A stretch of DNA of 64,000 nucleotides, taken from contig CM000154.2 of assembly GCA_000004695.1 (NCBI GenBank), forward strand, positions 2,208,001-2,272,000. Direction: 5' to 3'. Both the position numbers and the translations under genes were made by a program. This document shows, in pieces, positions 61,413-64,000 of the stretch; the stretch's first letter is position 1; each line of letters starts with the position of its first letter. The notes under the pieces are model-generated. The model saw only the letters and a program-made list of their open reading frames with translations, made no database searches and was not told where the DNA came from. This DNA is from Dictyostelium discoideum (Eukaryota).

Positions 61413-64000
61413 CTAACTATCAACCTCTTCATCATAATTTAAATTGTTATTATAATCATCATCTGGATTTTGAATTAAATCATTCAAGAAACTAAGTTGT
61501 TTAATGAATTTTGATTTCATTGTTTCTAATTCTGTTAAAATTTCGGTAAATGATGGACGTTGTGAAGGATCGGAAGCCCAACATTTTGTAATTAATTTTC
61601 TAAGGGACACTGGACAATCGGGTGGGATTGCAGGTCTATAATTTTCAAATGCAGCTTTAGCTGCAGATGCAGTACCATCCAAACCTTCGAATGGTATTTT
61701 ACCAGTATAAATTTCATAAACCACCAAACCAAAACTGTATACATCAACTTTTTCATTATACACCAATCCTTTTGTTAGCTCTGGACTTCTCCAACGTGGA
61801 TTAGTTATACCACTTAATGTCATATCATCGCTTAAAGTTGTTGCTAATCCAAAATCTGCAATTTTAATATTTTTAAATTCATCCAACTAAAATAATAATT
61901 ATAATAATAAAAATGTTAATATAAATAATATAAAGATAAAATATTTTTATTATAATATTCTTTCTTTTTTTTTTTTTTTAAAAAAAATAATAATACATAC
62001 TAAAATATTTTTACTTGTTAAATCTCTATGTAACATTTGAATTGAATGAAGATGTTCCATACCTAAAGATAAATCATGAATCATTTTATACATCATTAAT
62101 GGATTTAATTTAATTTTTTGAATATGTAAAACATCATAAAGAGAACCACCTTGAAGATACTCTGTAAAGATACATGGTGGATCAATACAGGCACCCATAA
62201 AAGTGACAACATTTGGATGATGAGATTTAATTAAACTTGAAACTTCTTTTATGAATTTTTCATCATTGGAAATACTTTCATTCTTTAATATTTTGATGGC
62301 AACTTTATAACCATTCCAAATACCAAGGAAAACATTTGCAAAACTTCCGGCACCAACCTTTTCAACGATGGCAACTTCATCAAATTTAATTTCTTTCTTT
62401 CCACGTAAAAACTCTGTAATTTCATTGAAACGCTCTTTCTTTTGAAGTTCTCTCTCCACCTCTTGATCATTATTTAACGACCAAAGTATACCTGGTGAAG
62501 AAAAGAATAATTTTCCCTCCAAATGATCGAAAAGTTTTAAGATATCATTGAAAGTTGGTCTATCACTTGGTAGAGGAGCCCAGCATCTATTAATTAGTTT
62601 ACGGATGATCAATGGACATGAAGTTGGTATCTTTGGTCTTAGATTTTCATAGGCGACTTTGGCAGCCACAGAGATATCATTGAATTTTCTAAATGGTAAA
62701 TGCGAAGTCAATGCCTCCCATAAAACAAAGGCATAGGCATAGACATCGATTGAACATGATATTTGATCCTCTTCCATTCTTGTCATTTCCGGTGCCATAT
62801 ATCTTGGTTCAATGGCTGGATTATTTAAATCGGTAGCATTCAACTTTGGGAATGATACTTTTACAATTTGAAATCTATCAAGATAAATGGACCTACTTGT
62901 TAAATTACCATGTGCAACATCTTTTGAATGTAATAATCCCATAACGCTTGCAATGTCCTTACTTATCTTTATAAATAGTGCCATATCAATCTTTAAACCA
63001 TCCCTATGAATTAAGTCATGTAATGAATTCATACCTTTAAAACTTTCAAAAATAATTGAATCACCACACCAACCAACTAATAATCCAAGATTTTTATGTT
63101 GAATCATTGTATATTTACTTGGTATAACTTCACTATTACTACCATTACTATTATTACAATGATGATGATTATGATTATTACCACCACTGCTGCCACTATT
63201 ATTACTTCCACTAACATTACTACCATTAAATAATTGTTTTCTTTTTTCAATATTTTTATCAGAATCTTGATCTTTTGGTTGTTTTAATACTAATTGAGTT
63301 GATTTATATTCAATTTGCCAAATATTACTTGATTTTGAATTTGATTCTAATTTCTCCAATAATTTAATTTCTTTAAATTCAATTGGTTTTGTATAAAGTT
63401 GATTCTCTCGTATCAATTGAGTTAATGATTCAAATTGTTCTTCATTCTTTTTTTCATAAGAATCAATTGATTCATTTTCATTCTCAAAGAATTGTATTGG
63501 ACTATTTATTGAAGAGTTTGATGATGTTTTAAAACATCCATTATTATTACCACCACCACCACTACCACTACCACCACTAATACTTGCACTACCGCGTGGA
63601 GAAGTATTTATACTACTATATAATTCAGCTCTTAAATCCAATGGTCTAAGTTCAATTTTTAATTCTTGTGAAAACTTTCTTAATGAATTTGTTAAATTTG
63701 AAGAAGTGGAAGAGGTTGATGATGATGGATTCATTGATCTTGGTGAGAGAGGATTACAACTTATTGTACTAGTACTACTTCCATTAAGGCTCCAATTACT
63801 ATTACTATTTGAAAGTGATGTTATTAAATTTTCCAATTCAATAATTTTTTCATTGATTTTTTGAATTTCTTCTGAAAGATTTTCAAAACTATCAGCATTC
63901 TCTGAATAACCTTCATCAATTAGATTTTGTTTCTCAATTAATGATTCTTTTTTCTCTATTAATTCATAAATCTCTTTTCTAGTACAACTTAATTTCTCCA
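61413..64000 (-). CDS. Tandem pseudokinase-kinase (JAK-like architecture), TKL/tyrosine-kinase-like, with its 5' end off the window. Exons: >64000..62001 and 61886..61413
   Basis: The reading frame of ORF 61950..63836 (TTG 'start') stays open upstream to the window end (…EKLSCTRKEIYELIEKKESLIEKQNL…ELENLITSLSNS…). The first kinase-like domain has a degenerate catalytic loop, HGNLTSRSIYLD, instead of HRDxxxxN, and keeps …DVYAYAFVLWEAL…. The second domain is canonical: VGAGSFANVFLGIWNGYKVAIK…HRDLTSKNIL | (GTATGT…TTTTAG, a 114-nt intron) | LDEFKNIKIADFGLATT…WRSPE…DVYSFGLVVYEIYTGKIPF…CWASDPSQRPSF. Confidence 0.8.

Overview
This window looks like Dictyostelium discoideum nuclear DNA, with about 18 protein-coding genes, one tRNA gene with a retrotransposon fragment beside it, and several candidate non-coding RNA (ncRNA) or regulatory elements.

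Why I think it is Dictyostelium:
- The sequence is roughly 75-80% A+T, with long A/T homopolymer runs between genes.
- Coding regions are full of (AAT)n and (CAA)n tracts, giving poly-Asn and poly-Gln stretches.
- Introns are short and AT-rich with GT...AG ends, mostly starting GTAAGT.
- The actin gene here encodes a protein identical to the major Act8-group actin.
- There is a FNIP-repeat gene, and a tRNA gene followed by a second B-box-like element ('ex-B box') and a tRNA-targeted retroelement fragment.

The ORF track uses TTG and GTG as alternative starts, so many of its 'M' residues are not real ATG codons. Most short ORFs in the homopolymer-rich spacers are artefacts. I reconstructed the spliced gene models by hand from the sequence.

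Genes I recognise:
- a NIPSNAP-family protein
- the c-Myc-binding protein MYCBP
- the cohesin-like repair protein SMC6
- a Sec20/BNIP1-like tail-anchored protein
- a BCP/PrxQ peroxiredoxin that carries an apparent frameshift
- a PHO80-like cyclin
- the proteasome ATPase Rpt3 (PSMC4)
- a choline-transporter-like (SLC44) protein
- actin
- the ESCRT-associated protein IST1
- maspardin (SPG21)
- the ubiquitin-conjugating enzyme UBE2S
- a FNIP-repeat protein
- ribosomal protein S7
- a very large beta-helix (PMP-repeat-like) multi-pass membrane protein, also frame-shifted
- a JAK-like tandem pseudokinase-kinase that runs off the window
- several low-complexity hypothetical proteins

Non-coding highlights:
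- tRNA-Ala(AGC) with an ex-B box and a 5'-truncated TRE3-like LINE fragment ending in poly(A)
- a strong box C/D snoRNA candidate at about 41.6-41.7 kb on the minus strand
- a GC island with hairpins and a terminal T-run at 60.2-60.4 kb, a candidate structured ncRNA
- two paralogous ~270-bp promoter-like non-coding elements (9.6 kb and 12.5 kb) inside an unusually long 6.5-kb gene-free region dotted with CCAAT-like GC islands
- C/A-rich elements upstream of the cyclin gene
- an E2F-like palindrome in the divergent promoter shared by smc6 and the Sec20-like gene

There is no prokaryotic-style system such as CRISPR or a defence operon; the window is eukaryotic throughout.
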